A stretch of DNA of 59,233 nt, filler included, from Sphacelaria rigidula (GCA_964200075.2; 6 parts of 6 records of this genome joined end to end with filler, not necessarily neighbours in it); one strand, 5' to 3'. Shown: positions 37,651 to 51,249, numbered from the whole stretch's first letter. Translations and numbers: made by a program. Notes: generated from the sequence alone by a model not told the origin.

Positions 37651-38269
37651 TCATTATCCACGAGTTATGTGTGGTTAGTGCAGTATTACAAGAGCCTCTG
37701 TTCAACACGTGTGGCGAGTGAGTGACAGCGGGTTAGGCGTTGGTGTTATCGGATCCACATTGATTCGAACCACATAGATCATTCAAATCAAAACATAGTG
37801 CAGTACAGACAGGGCATCGTTTCCAGTGTCACAAAGCGATATCGACAGGTATATCTCACCAGTTTGGCGTGCGCATCATTATTAGTATCTGCGCATGAAT
37901 ACATATACCGCAATGATTCAAGGCGTGTAGCCTTGATTTCTATTACCCCTTTCAGGGATGTCGGAGTGTATTGGTAGGTTAGGAAGCATCGAATGCTCAT
38001 ACATCTCCATGCTCTCTAAAACCCCATCATGATATCGCGCTCAGTACATAGTATAGTATAACACTGTAGAACGCAGAATACCTTTGTACTTGCGTCTATA
38101 TTGTAGCCCGGTGAGCTATGTTCAGATGGGGGTTTTATCACGGTGGAAGTGAGGGCAAGTCACCTCCCATCCACCAGCACGCGCGCTTCTGTATCTACTT
38201 AGTACAAAAGCGTGATCAATTTATTGAAACATTGATCGGGCAATTTGGTGGATAGCGAGTACATGTTGT

Positions 38270-38410
38270 GTTGTTGTTGTCATCCCATCTATTCTGGATA
38301 CCAGTCTACACCTTTCGGTGTATGTGGGCGTATCAACCGAGGTCACACAGGAGGAAGGCCAGCACAGGAGTTCTATTTATATTTTGCTTTAGTACTCCAC
38401 CATCCTTCAA
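38270..38410 (+). repeat. Partial SINE-like repeat, homologous to 22290..22425
   Basis: CCATCTATTCTGG...ACACCTTTCGGT.TATGTGGGCG...GGTCACACAGGAGGAAGG. Confidence 0.8.
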
Positions 38411-39458
38411 AGCGTTGTTTTTGAGATAAGGATCTTGCTTGGAGTTCTGCTGGAAAGAAGTATATCGTAGCGGCGTATCTAATCTCGGGTTATTGCTATT
38501 GGTCGTTACTCGGTGGCGTGTTTGGCCGAGAATATCCGTATAATGATATTGGATCTCGGGTAAATAGTGTTGACCGCTCGACGGTCGTCTGTTTGGCCTG
38601 TGATTGACTGACTGGAAGATTCTGAGTTATTTCTTCAGGGCATTGCTACTGGGGAATGGTTTGGGCGATAGGATTTGGGGGACCGTCGCGAGTCTCTCAC
38701 AAAACCTTACTCCTCACCCCCTCACTTGACATTATTTTCCCAATATCCACAGTAAAAGTTGTCAACACCCACGGTAGAGTATTTTAAATGTGCTACAGGC
38801 CAGGCTGCCTCGCCCCCGCAGTGTCACCGTCCAACTGACACCAATAGGATGAATAGAACGCGGGTTCGATTCCTGCCAGATGCGTTTGGATCTTGCCTTG
38901 AAGAATACCCTATTTGCGTCGTGAAAGCGTGAGGACGTGAGGGGCAAAAATATTTCGCTTGAGTTTGTTCGACTAGAGTAGACGCAGTGCGACAGTGCTG
39001 ATTCAACCGGAGAGACCAAAATGCAAAATGTGTACGGTGAAAAAATAGGTTCACCCCTTGAGACCACGAACTTTTCCCGAGGAAGGGGACGGCTTAGAAG
39101 TGTCACTTAAACATTAAGTCGTGAGTATCTCTTTCGTGGCCTACAGTACTAGGCCCTTCGAGAGCTTCGAGTCTCCATACATTCGAGCGCATTTTGAGTG
39201 TGCTTCTCTATGGAGATAGCGTATCAATTCACGGACTCGAACTTATTTGTACCGCAAGAGCACGTCGTGAATCCGAGCCAGTATTGTGAATGAAATCATG
39301 GTGCAACAGCCCTCTACAAAGCCGGCGCTCGAGCTGTATCCAAGGAAACTGGAGGTTTTTCACCCCTATGCGGATATCCTTGGGAGTCATCCTACGCTAG
39401 GGGGGGGGGGGTATTTGGTTGCACGAAAAACGAGGCTCATAAGTGTGTGAGACATCCT

Positions 39459-39558
39459 NNNNNNNNNNNNNNNNNNNNNNNNNNNNNNNNNNNNNNNNNN
39501 NNTTAATTAATTAANNNNNNNNNNNNNNNNNNNNNNNNNNNNNNNNNNNNNNNNNNNN
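39459..39558. other. Artificial contig spacer
   Basis: Same 100-bp linker. Confidence 0.98.
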
Positions 39559-39830
39559 TTTAGTTCTTTGTTCTGGATTCTGTGTTTTTTGGTTTTTTGG
39601 TGAGGCGGGGGGGGGGGGGGGGGGGGGGGGGTCATAAATCGTTCTCAACGGACTACTACTAGTATTATTCTCGACCGCTGCGCCTGCTGCTTTACCCTTT
39701 ACTGACGACAACTTGTCAATGAAATGAGCGCTTGGTGGCGGGGCTACTGAACGGGAACACTCTTTTGGCAGTAGCATTGTGGTGTTCAACTACTCTCTGC
39801 TACTTCAGTCGTGTGGGGTCGAACACATCA

Positions 39831-39860
39831 ATATATATATATATATATATATATGTATAT
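39831..39860. repeat. (TA)n microsatellite
   Basis: About 12 tandem TA units plus a short interrupted tail. Confidence 0.9.
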
Positions 39861-40050
39861 TTGCCGAGGGCATGTCTTACGGCGTGCTGTAGCAAAATAT
39901 TTTTTCGACCGAAAAAGTGCGGCGTAAAAGGAAACTTCCGACCTGATAGGTCGTGTCTTCGACTATCGTCATTTATGTTGAAATCACGAACCATCAGATT
40001 GAAATATTTGTTTCTCACAGCACTTTTTCGATCGAAAAATGATTTGCTAA

Positions 40051-40309
40051 GGTCGCTTCTTCTAGTCTGAAAAACGGATCCTCTGAGAATTGCTCTTTTT
40101 GAGCCTTTCACTGCGGAGTTTTGACGGAATACGGGCCTTAGCGGATTGGGCCTCCTCGGAAAGATTTGCTTTGCTTTCCAAGAGGACTCGAGCGCACCTT
40201 TCCGTGGAGGCCCAGTCCGCCAAGACCCGTATTCCGTAAAAAAATCGCGATGAAAGGCTCAAAAAGGGCAGTTTTCAGAGAGTCCGTTTTCAGACTACAA
40301 GAAGCGGCC
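40051..40309. mobile_element. Fold-back MITE
   Basis: ~115-bp inverted arms, termini GGTCGCTTCTT/AAGAAGCGGCC, flanks TAA/TGA. Confidence 0.85.
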
Positions 40310-41074
40310 TGAGGGCGTGTCTTGAGCCTATTTTTTTTCGGTCGAAATAAAGTGCGATGGAATTGATTTGAGCGAATTTGCAAGCTTTCGATCGAAAAAG
40401 GACAGAAATTCGTGAAGGGGTACGTGTTCGCTCGTCTCTAGTACAGACAGTACTGTACCGTCTGCATTGTTTGCATACAGTAACAATGTCTGAACGTGTC
40501 TGCGCGTGTTTCGTACAGTAGGATGTGAAAGGTAGCGGGCAACGTGCAGTGCAGACAGCGAAGGACTATCTGTACTCTCCGCGTACGCTCCGACGTGAAA
40601 AGGATGAACAGTATGCAGCCTTGACCTGTCGGCACCGTCCATGAGCGTGCATGCAAGTCGGTCGGGCCACCCTACCACGCAGTTCCTTCCCCGGTCCCTG
40701 CCATAAAAGAAGGTGCTAAAGTTTTCGCCAACAAAATATTCACGCATCACACCCAACAACCGCAGTTACCGCAGTGTATCTATCCCCGAGCTCAACTCGT
40801 GCTCTATGGTAAAGTGTTTCGGTGGTGGCTGAGAATGAACTGTATGGGTGGTATCTGGCGTGGTGGTCTGCAAGGTAGGAGGAGTCAAGTGCCACTTAGT
40901 ACCTTTCCTCCCCATGTTTTCGATCGAAAAAGCTTGGCTTTAGTATATTTTTCTTTCCGCCCGCGCGACACGACTTATAAAAATAGTTCAAGTCAGCTGG
41001 GAACACGAATGCCGTGCATTTATCAGGTCGTTTTTATTTTTTCCGCACTTTTTCGATCAAGAAAAGAAGTGTTA

Positions 41075-41866
41075 GAGCGTGTCTTGGACTTTTCATTTCA
41101 ATCGAAAAAGTGAGGTAGAAAAGAAAACTTTCGATCTGATAGATCCACCGCATTTCTATTCTTAGTTGGCTTCAACAATATTATAATTAGTGGCGTATGT
41201 AAAAGAAGCAAAAACACATTCAAGCTAATCTTTTTCGATCGAAAACATGGGCTCCAAAGGTACGAGGGGGCACTTGACTTCTATCTTACTACCACGCCAG
41301 ATACCACCCGTTCACAACCATGCAGCATAGACCACGAGTCGAGCACAGGGATGGATACACTGCAGTAGTTGGGTATGCTTTGTTTAATTCTTGTTGGCGA
41401 AAACTTGAACATCGCCTTTTATGGTAGGGATCAGCGACGGATCTTCGCGGTAGGGTGGGCAACCGACTTGCGTACACGCTCATGGACGGTGAAGGCAACA
41501 CAGAGCTGCACGTTGTCCGAGTCCTGTTCGCGTCGCATTTTAAGCAGAGAGAAAATATACGGAGTCCTGCGCTGTCTGCACTGCACGTTGCCCGCGTTTC
41601 TCTTTCACATCCTACTGTACGAAACACGCACACAGGCACTCAGGACACACTGCATGCAAACAGTACAGACAGTACAGACAGTACAGACTGTCTGTACTGT
41701 TGTACACGAGTGACCCATGTACCGTTTTACGAATTTCGCTGTCGTTTCCCGACCGAAAGCTCGTAAAATCGCTTGGACCCGACTCGAGAAAAGTGAGCGA
41801 ATTTCGCTCAAATCAATTCCACCGCCCTTTTGTTTCGGTCGACAAAAAAGGTGCGAAGACACGGCC
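41075..41866. mobile_element. ~790-bp Harbinger-like non-autonomous element
   Basis: Termini GAGCGTGTCTTGG / GCGAAGACACGGCC, TSD TTA/TTA; same orientation as the 25800-26474 homologue. Confidence 0.8.
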
Positions 41867-41968
41867 TTACCATATTTTTTCGATGGAAAATGTACGGTGG
41901 AAACGGAAACTTCCGATCTGATAGGTCGTCATGTCGACACGATTGACGTCGACAAAAATGACGACTCA

Positions 41969-42826
41969 GTGCGTGTCTTCGCACATTTTTTGTTGATCCA
42001 AACAAAAGGGCGGTGAAATTGATTTGAGCGAAATATGCTCACTACTTTTCTCGAGTCGAGCCCAAGCGACTTTTCGAGCTTTTCGGTCGGAAAACGACAG
42101 TGAAATTCGTGAAACGGTACATGGTCGCTTGCGTACAGTAGTACAGACAGTCGGTATTGTTTGTACTGTTTGCATGCAGTGTGTCCTGAGTGCGTGTGTG
42201 CGTGTTTCGTACAGTAGGATGTGAAGGAGAAGCGCGGGCAACGTGCAGTGCAGACAGCGCAGGACTATGTATCTGTTCTCTCTGCTTAGAATGCGACGCG
42301 AACAGGACTCGGACAACGTGCAGCTCTGTATTGCCTGCACTGTGCCGTGAGCGTGTACGCAAGTCGGTTGCCCACCCCGCCACGCAGTTCCGTCACTGAT
42401 CCCCACCATGAAAGAAGATGCTCAAGTTTTCGCCAACAAAAAATGAACGCATCGCACCCAACTACTGCACTGTGCTCGACTCGTGGTCTATCCTGCAGGG
42501 TTGCGGTGGTTGCTGAGAATGAGAGTTGTATGGAGTTTGCATGTTTCCGTGAACGGGTGGTATCTGGCGTGGTGACCTCTAAGATAAAGGTCAAGGACCC
42601 CTTTGTGCCTCTCGAACGCATGTTTTCGATCGCACAAGCTTACAAAACTTGAACGTAGTCGTAGCTTTACTGTTTTTTTACTTCTTTTCCGCGCGCCACT
42701 AGCTATAAAAAATAGTTGAAGCCGACTACAGTATTATGGGGGGAAAATGCGGTGGACCCATCAGATCGATTTTTTTTTTTTCCACCGGACGTTTTCGATC
42801 GAAAAAAAATGTGCCCAGACTCGCCC
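41969..42826. mobile_element. ~860-bp Harbinger-like non-autonomous element (inverted relative to 41075..41866)
   Basis: Termini GTGCGTGTCTTCGCAC / GTGCCCAGACTCGCCC, perfect TSD TCA/TCA; host palindrome resumes after it. Confidence 0.85.
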
Positions 42827-44091
42827 TCATCAAATTGTATTTTTTCTTCTTTCCACCGCGCGTTTCCGATCGAGTAATGATTCGCGAAGGAACGGCCTGA
42901 ACATTGAACGGTTCCGCCCCATTCCTTCTCAGGGCATGAACCATCCGACGACCGCATGATTTTAGGAGGCGTCACCTTCTCTCTACTGGTGGGATTTCCG
43001 AGAAGACTCGAAGTGGTCGTTGTGGATTGAACCACATTCCAGAATCCTACCCAGAAAACTGATTTTTCGGGTCTCGACAAGAGGCGGCCTCATTACCAGT
43101 GGGCCTCGCCTCATTACCAGTGCACAAATATTACACAGGCGATGGCAATATATATGGTCGAAAGATCCAATAAACAAGAAGTGCACCGGGTAAAGTATAG
43201 ACCTATTGCACTTGCTGTCGGCTGTCAAAAGTTGCAACAACAGGCCTATACTTTATCCAGTACATATTTCGTCTATTGCATCTATCGACCATATATTGTC
43301 AAGGGTGTGAAATATTCCCATATTGTGCAATTAGATGTTTTACCGACTGCACTGACTCAGACATGTCTCGCTTCGGGAGGGGGAGGGGGGTGGTGCCTAA
43401 GGTGACCTTGAACGCTACTGCACTTTCAAAGATGAAGGTACTCGCGTAGTGTAGAAATAAGTACAGGCAGCAAACAATGAGAGTGCGGACAGTGGTGAAC
43501 AATAACAATACAGCCATTACACACAGTACTACTTTGTACTATGTTTGCAAAGCACGAAGACTTGGTAGCGCTCGCAGCTCGGTCGTTGACGTTGAACTTG
43601 TAAATACTCAAATACTCCAACAGTACTGCCACAGGCAGTACAGAACTGGCTGTTGTCTGTTACCGTTGACTTCTCGACATCAACGGTAGGTGGAAATTTA
43701 ACAACTCCGAGGCCATGACATACATACCTCCGGCTTCAAAACTCGGTTTCCTTGGTCTGTCATAAATAGATTCGAAGACATGCCAGACAAGCACGACAGC
43801 TTGCGATCGTATTTTCGGGTAAATGTTCATTATGCGCGACCCCGCTTCCCGTTTCATGTGAGCTGACAATCACTTTCAGCTGCTCGGATCTGCGGCTTTG
43901 GGCATCCGTTCGTGATCCAAGGCAACGGCAACATTGAACGTCAACTCCCTACCTCCCCTCAAGACATCGGATTATTTGCTGTACACGGCAGCTGAAAACT
44001 GGACACTCCTCTGTAGTATCCCCGTGCGCACCCTGCACTCGCCAAGGGTACTCCCGCATGCTTCACAAGAACGAGAGTATATTGACCTATA

Positions 44092-44558
44092 CTACCATGC
44101 CGCAGCACTCTTTAGCTTATTTCGTCTGTGCTTGGTGTACTCTGTGAGGAGGGCAAGGTCAATATCGACATGTGTAACCGCCACGAGGAAGGTTTGATAC
44201 TCCCCCCTCGCCCCCCTGCAGAGAAGGGAAATACAGTCTCACCGGAAAACATTTAGGTACTTCTCACTAGCCAGACGAGATATCATCAATTCACGCGACA
44301 AAATCGACAACTGCGCTATACACATGAGGGGCGCACCAATTGGTACGATGCTGGAAGGTGCTGCACTACCCTGACTGTCATAGACTGCAACAGATCGTTT
44401 GCTTACTAAAATAGAGCAATCATACACATGCATTGTTCTCACTGTGCAAGCCGAAGCTTCGGATCGGCCAGAAATTCAGAGGCCTGCTGAGTCACGAAGT
44501 CTGCGTTGAGGGACGATGATGCAGGAGGCACTTCCGAGGATAGCCCTTCCTCCGCCAT
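44092..44558 (-). pseudogene. Pex14_N-like two-exon ORF (44443..44558 + 44092..44215), probably decayed
   Basis: GCCACCATGG start; CA|GTGAGA donor, TTCCCTTCTCTGCAG acceptor. Spliced ...QQASEFLADPKLRLAQGARGEYQTFLVAVTHVDIDLAL resembles A..FL.DP.V.....K..FL..KGLT..EID.AL but lacks KG; stop after ~79 aa. Confidence 0.45.
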
Positions 44559-47500
44559 GGTGGCTCTTGTGTGGGAAGCTGTGAGATATACCGCTGTGCA
44601 ACACCGGTGGAGCATTTGGTTGCGCAGGAAGATATTCTTGTTTTTGATATGGTGTTCGGTCAAATTTGTTTTTCAGTACCCGTTTACAGAACGAGGACAC
44701 ATGCATATCCTGTGAAAAAAAAATGCGGTGATAGCTATATACCCTTTCATTTTTTTTCGTAAGGTGCAGGACGATCCCTTTTTAAGAGATCAATCGAAAT
44801 TTAGTTTTAAAACACGGGGATGTAGTTCACTTCTGCCTGTAGTATGAAGTGGCGAGTGCTGATTCCACCCGATTCGTTGTACCAAAAAGAATGAAAAACT
44901 GATCCCCAGGGGTGGTAAAAAAAATGTATTTTCGTTCTTCCAAGAAATGAAGAAGTGACAGTTACGGCTCTAGTAGGAGGCAAGCTGAGAGCGGGGATAT
45001 AACGATCAGCACTAGTATCTGTCAAGCACATCACACGCAAGAGAGCGAGGGAGAGAAAGGGTTGGGTTTGCTTTCACTGATGTCCGGAACGCCCCTGCCA
45101 GAGGTATGCGTGTCTCGTGTGTGGGTGCGCTGTTGTAATGACCATACATGGAGCCCTCTATGGCTGTTCCGATGCAAGATAATGTGACTGCTTTCTGCTG
45201 TTTCATGAAATGAAGCACACAACTATAGATTAATTGAGTCGTTTGCGTGACCAACATGGGACAGATTCGGCTGCCCTGGTATTTTTTCTTTGTACTCCCT
45301 GGGAACCGATCACTGCACGCAAACAGCACCGTACAATTCACGTTGTTGCCATCCGCACTGCATTTCAGTACTGCTTTAAGAGATAGACGGGAACACAGGG
45401 TGTGGTGGACAGCTGCTGCAGTACTTGCCGACTCTTTTTTGCCTGCGCGTTGCACTGTAGCTATGTGTGCACACATCTACACTTGGTTCGGGGGAAACCC
45501 AGAAACAAGCACCTCTGTTTTTTCCGCATGCAATGGTACAACCGCACTTTTGGTATGGACGCCGGTGCAGTACTGACCGACAAACGCTTATTCACACAAG
45601 GCCCCGTGTGCGCCAATGTTCAACGTGGCAAAAGCTCTAGGTAGATGGACAATGTAAAGGGCAATGTCGTGAGCGTTTTTCAGTTGTTCTGCGGGTGTTC
45701 GTGTGATTTTTCTCCGGTGCAATGGTCAGCAGCCACCAGACCGTACCACAGATCTCACCGTATAGTACGCCACGGAGCGCCAAACGTTCGCGCAGAATCG
45801 TGGATGTGTAGTATGAATCAAGAGTCGGTGAGAGCGGCATCCATGTCCTGTCGGACTCATTTTTTTCGAGAATCGAACAATCGAACTATCAAGTAAAGGT
45901 GTATGTGCGGGGGGTTCCGCGTACCGCATAGTAAAGCGGAAAGTGTCCATCACAATCACTTCTTGTACTTTGTACCAGAATTCCTGTACTCGAGTCAGCG
46001 AGCGCAGGGGGGAGCAAGGAAGTACGTGCACAGAGTCGGTAACATTCACAGGACCTGCAGGAAGAGTCGTTCCCAGCAGTCTTGCAGAGAGGAGGAACGG
46101 CCCAAAAATGCACACTTCCGTTCACAACCCGTGTGCCAGGGGCAGCGCACATATAACAGTATTCTCAGTACAGTCAGTAGATGAACGACGTTCACTGAGC
46201 ACATGCCGTCTGTGGTCATGTAGTGGGGGATGGAGTGCTGAAGAAGTTGACGCGAGTTGGTCGATTCGTCGCGAAATAGCCGATGGTTGGCACATTCTTG
46301 AACTACTGAACCTTACTTCTAATCGGCAACCGGGGCCAGAAGCCTTGCCTCCGGCAGACCGAGAGGAGTCAAAGTGCAGAGTTCGCGTTGACATGGCTGA
46401 TCGACGAGGTATGGAATGAACGCGCGCGGAGTGTGCATGCTCGTGTATGCTTCGGACTGGAAGATCCAAATCTGAAGGTCTTGAACAACAATCGAGCAGA
46501 GAGTAACCATGGACTATTTCACGACAGACTCGCCTCTAACTCTCCCTGTCAGTAAGGCGATGTTTGTGTTTATGGTCAGTCTGTCAAGTTGATTTCCCCC
46601 ACAAGGGGACGGTACGATTGTTCTCCAATAGTTTCCATTGAATAAGTGGAGTGTGCACGAGGCAATCATTGGCCATGTACATCCAGGCAACGGTGATGCA
46701 ATTCCGTCGAACAAATTTATCTTCGACAACTTTGGACATCTAAAAATAATAATTATAGCCCTCTGAACCCGGCTATGGACTGCTCCCAGGAGAATGTCAG
46801 AGTCTCGCCGCCTCCCTCGCAACACTCTTCTTTTCGAGAATCTACGGCGAGTGTTTTCGGAGCTCCGCTGGTGTGCTGAAGATACCGGAGGTCGGATACC
46901 ACTGCATCTTACTTGCATCTGAGATTTTTTGTGCGAAATTTTGAAGAATACCCCGGGGTTGATTTTTGACCCTCACCACTGTACCCGTTTTGGGTCAAAA
47001 TCGCCGACTTCGACTTTTTTTTTTCCCCTCGACGTACACGTCAAAGTTTTTTCAGCATACAACCATGAAAATAATCTGTGGTTCGATAATTGGCTCTCTG
47101 TAACTGACGGATGCGGTACTATTGTTGTACTGTACTTCTGTACTGTGGAGTATAATTTCGATTCGAAGATGTATACGTACCTGGTTACGACCACATACAT
47201 GACAGGGGGGAAATTCTACAAGTGCCTGTCGAAGACTCACAACCCTTTCGGTGCAACATCGCTGAGAGAGGAGGACCCTGTGTGTCTTGTGAGCGGTTCC
47301 GGGTTCGTATCCCTCCCCTGGTCAGAGTGATGAATAAAAGTAATCCAATCACGGTAGCCCTTCAAGTCATTTCGGAATAATATCATCGGCTGTTAACCTC
47401 TCTTCGACGTACGTGAACTCAGCCAGCATGCTGTCGGTGAGCAGCTCCCCTTTGTTTGCCACCGTTACACCTCATGGCAATGCACAGTGCATATCTTGGT

Positions 47501-49346
47501 CCTTCAATCGTAGTTCATGCCACATTGTTCACCCAAAACACTTGTTCCCCATTCCTTCCGAGTGGGCCACGTGGGGTCCATTTGTGTGAGGGGACCTGGT
47601 ACCCAAGGAGTTGGGCGGGAGAAAATTTGTCTCGAAATTTGTTTAGGGATGAAGAAAGTAGTGGTTGACTACCTGGCTAGTGAGCAGAGTTGACATACTC
47701 GCAGGCAGGTTTTCATGAGATCATTGGCTCGGCACGATCTCACAGACCCAAGAGACATGCCAAGAAAGGTGCCGACAAATCTTCAGCGCTAGTCCGACTA
47801 AAGGGCTACCGCTACAGCGCTATTCTCGTTCATGAGACGAACGAATAGGCTCGTGGGGGGTGGGGGTGTTCTTATCCGGTGCTTGCATCAGTCGTTTGAC
47901 TATTAACCGCGCATCTCTTGCGAAAAGACACCTCCAACATTTGGGTGCTCATTACGTTAATTCCATACATGATACAAGAACCTTTGATGATAATAATGAA
48001 AATCATACATCTCATCTCCTTGCCATCTGTGGCCACCATTTATCTCCCAGTACAGCGATCGTTTTCTCGCTACTATCTGAAGTATCAAACTCATGGGGGA
48101 GGGGGAGGGGGGTGACCTGGATATCGCCACCTCAAACGTGTGGTGACGAGTCCCCCCCCAGCATCAGTACCTTCGAACGAACCGTCCTATTTCGACCAGC
48201 GCGCAGCAATAATATTCGATTTCGCTGGAAAATGACCCAGTGTCCTGCGGATATTTTCAATTTATGTGGCGCCGCTTGTTGGTTACCCGACGAACATCTG
48301 AAGAGGTGTTAGGTGTCTACGTACTATCGTCATTCATCGCTGAAGTTATCGCAGGATCCCACTCGTTTTGGGGGGGCGAATGATCGATAGCAGCAGATGA
48401 AAATGGTTTGACTGAGCACTATCTCCGGAACCCCGGCACAGGAAACCGCCGCACTTCACGTCGAAAGTAAGGTCTAAACCATAGATCCGTCCGTTGAAAT
48501 TTGGCGAAGATATGTGGCAATGAGAGACGGTTATTGATCCTTGTGCGGAGACTTGTATGTGCGCCGGTGTCAACCCTTGACAGGCAGGCTGGGTCATCTG
48601 AGTCTGACAATCCTCTTCCGAGTGAAGATGGTGCCAGTTCAACAGATGATCCATCTCCAGTGGTAAAAGGGTGAAAGCGAACATATCGAGGGACAAGCGA
48701 AGCGAGACGCACAAACACAAGTTATGAGCGTATTGACATGATCCTCCGATGTCGTCGGATCAGTGTCGTCCAGCAATGGCGTGCTCCGGGTGAAAGTCGA
48801 GCGTGGTCAATGATCGTGCCGCAGCGCCGTCAAGTGCAGTACTAAAGTTGACGATCCCGTACTGCGAGTCGGCAGGGTCCTGTTGCAAGAACGCTTGCCG
48901 ACTTCACGTACACTCTTCACCTTCATTCCTTGGATTGGAAATAAGATGGTGCTCGAAACAGTCGTCTCAAGGAACTAGCTGAGTATGATCGCATTTGCGT
49001 CGACTTTGGCACCAACTGGGCTCTAAGCTGTATCCCTAGACATCTACTGTCTGGTTACCGCCGCTGTGCCTTCACACGAAATACAGAAATTTACAAGGCA
49101 CCGTCGGCTGACACCGCAGCGCTCGGCGAGAGCGTTTCTCAGTCACGGAAGCGAACTCACTAGAGGTGATGGAGAACACTGTGATGAGTGTGGATGGAAG
49201 TCGGATATGTAAAAACGAAATGAACATGGAGCAGCTTTGTGTATAACAGTCTTCCGCCAAAACTACAAAAAAAAAAAAAAGCGAGAGGGGGGTCGGGGGC
49301 CATGTTCTTGGGTTGGTTTGGACAGCACCCGCGCAAGCCCGACGTG

Positions 49347-49446
49347 NNNNNNNNNNNNNNNNNNNNNNNNNNNNNNNNNNNNNNNNNNNNTTAATTAATT
49401 AANNNNNNNNNNNNNNNNNNNNNNNNNNNNNNNNNNNNNNNNNNNN
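49347..49446. other. Artificial contig spacer
   Basis: Same 100-bp linker. Confidence 0.98.
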
Positions 49447-49448
49447 TG

Positions 49449-51107
49449 GTGAGAAAGGGGGGCGCGGGGGGATACCGATGTGACTCGCGACGAGACAGAC
49501 TGGCGACGCGTGAAGATATAGATACCGCTTTACGTGAGCAGCGACCGCCGCACATCCCACCGGAACTCCCACATTGTCCAGCAAAGGATCTCAAGGTCCC
49601 CAACGGATACACGCAGGCGGTGCGCTCGGAGTACGGTGATTTATGGAGGGACTCGATGGGGCGGGAATGGCGGCGAATTCTGGAGGCGGGGACGATAGAC
49701 TCAGCAGAAGAGCAACTCGTGGACAACTATACCCATGCAAAGTGGGTATATAACTGGAAGGCGGACGAGTTTGGATGGCCCACGAAGATGAAGTCGAGAC
49801 TAGTTGCAACAGGAGATATGCAGAGGGAAAACATAGATTTTGGAGAGTTGTATGCCCCCACTGTAGCAGTTACTAGCGTATGTTCGTTGGCGACTCTGGC
49901 TTGTGAGCAAAATCTTGCGTTGCGCCATTTTGATATCGAACAAGCTTTTGTACAGTCTGAGATGGACGAGGATGTTTTCATGCGGTTGCCACTTGGTTGT
50001 GGTAGCTTATCTGGTAAAATAGTAAGACTCAACAAAAGTTTGTACGGATTGAAACAGGCAAGTAGGCAGTGGCATAATCACCTGGCGGAATGTTTATTTG
50101 TTTTGGGATTTGATCAGTGCTTGGCGGATTCATGTGTGTTTCGGTTGATTGAGGATGGCAGGGTGATTATCACCATTGTAGTACATGTAGATGATATATT
50201 CGCAGTGGGAGAGAAGGACAGATGTGACGAGTTTGGTAAAGATCTCAACACGATGGTTCCAGTAAAAAATATCGGGGGTTTGCGTTGGTATTCTGGACTG
50301 TACTATGAGAGAGACATTGTAAGGGGGACTCTGAAAATTTCACAACAAACATACGCAGAAGAGTTGGCGAGGGAATACGGAGTAGAGTGGGGAAAGACTA
50401 TCCCCATCGCTGTTGGTGCGAAGCTTGAAGAGTTCAGTGTATAAGAGCAGGCAACGGAATTTCCGTTTCGAGAGTTGATAGGATCACTGATGTGGATGGC
50501 AAGTCAAACGAGCCCATATCTAACGCAGTGCATGTGCCTCAACGAAACACCTTCATTGGCGTGCTGCGCTTGGTATTTTGGGGTATGAACAAGTTTGCTG
50601 GGGATTTCTTTTCGCAGAGGAAGTATACAGCGGTTGAGTTTCCATGTTTTTGCAGACGCAGACTACGCAAGTACGGCAGCTGATAGGCGGTCGGTATCAG
50701 GAGGGCTAGTCATGTGTGGAGGTGGATGTGTGTCTTGGTTTTCAAGGACTCAGAAGTGTGTGACGCTGTCCACAACGGAAGCAGAGTACGTTGCGATGAC
50801 AGATATTCTGAAGGAGGTATTGTTTTTGAGACAGGTTTGGCGTTTCATGTTGCCGCAGATGGGAATGACATGCATCCCAGTGTTTGAGGGTAGTCAGGGA
50901 GCTATTCAGTTAGCAAAGAACCCAATCACAAACTCCAATTCCAAGCACATCGACGTACGGCATCATTTTATCAGGGAATTGGTTGGAAGGAAAGAGGTTT
51001 CGGTTATTCACTTGAGATCGGAGTATCAACATGCCGATTTTCTGACTAAAGTGTTGCCGACAGAGTCTTTTGAGTTTCACCGTTATATTGTCAAGAACAT
51101 CATGTAG
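49449..51107 (+). pseudogene. Ty1/copia reverse transcriptase-RNase H (disrupted)
   Basis: KWVYNWK, KSRLVA.G, DIEQAF, KSLYGLKQASRQW, VHVDD; RNase H ADADYA, LSTTEAEYVA, SKHIDVRHHFIRE, ADFLTK. TAA at 50442, frameshift near 50510-50590, EDN-to-EGS change. Confidence 0.95.
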
Positions 51108-51249
51108 AGTCTGCAAGACACCGGTACATTGGGTTGGTCTGAGCTGGTTTGATTTGCTTCCGGGGACATTTATCCATCCCGGGAAAGTAGGGGTACGAGG
51201 CCGTGGTTGCAATATTTTCAATTTTACAATGAGTTATTTTATCTTCGAT

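Larger units (their letters stand above)
39868..42897. mobile_element. 3-kb nest of at least 6 PIF/Harbinger-like MITEs
   Basis: Outer host GGGCATGTC...GGAACGGCC with CGA/TGA flanks. Inner starts at 39880, 40051, 40313, 41075 and 41969, each preceded by TTA, TAA, TGA or TCA. Confidence 0.8.

Noticed and set aside
38780..38880. tRNA gene (GGTTCGATTCC; also GTTCGAATCCC near 33507)
   Set aside because: B-box only and no cloverleaf could be built; at most a tRNA-derived SINE remnant.
45900..49000. Viral (phaeovirus-like) or other genes among the short ORFs
   Set aside because: No recognisable motif; frames are interrupted by stops.
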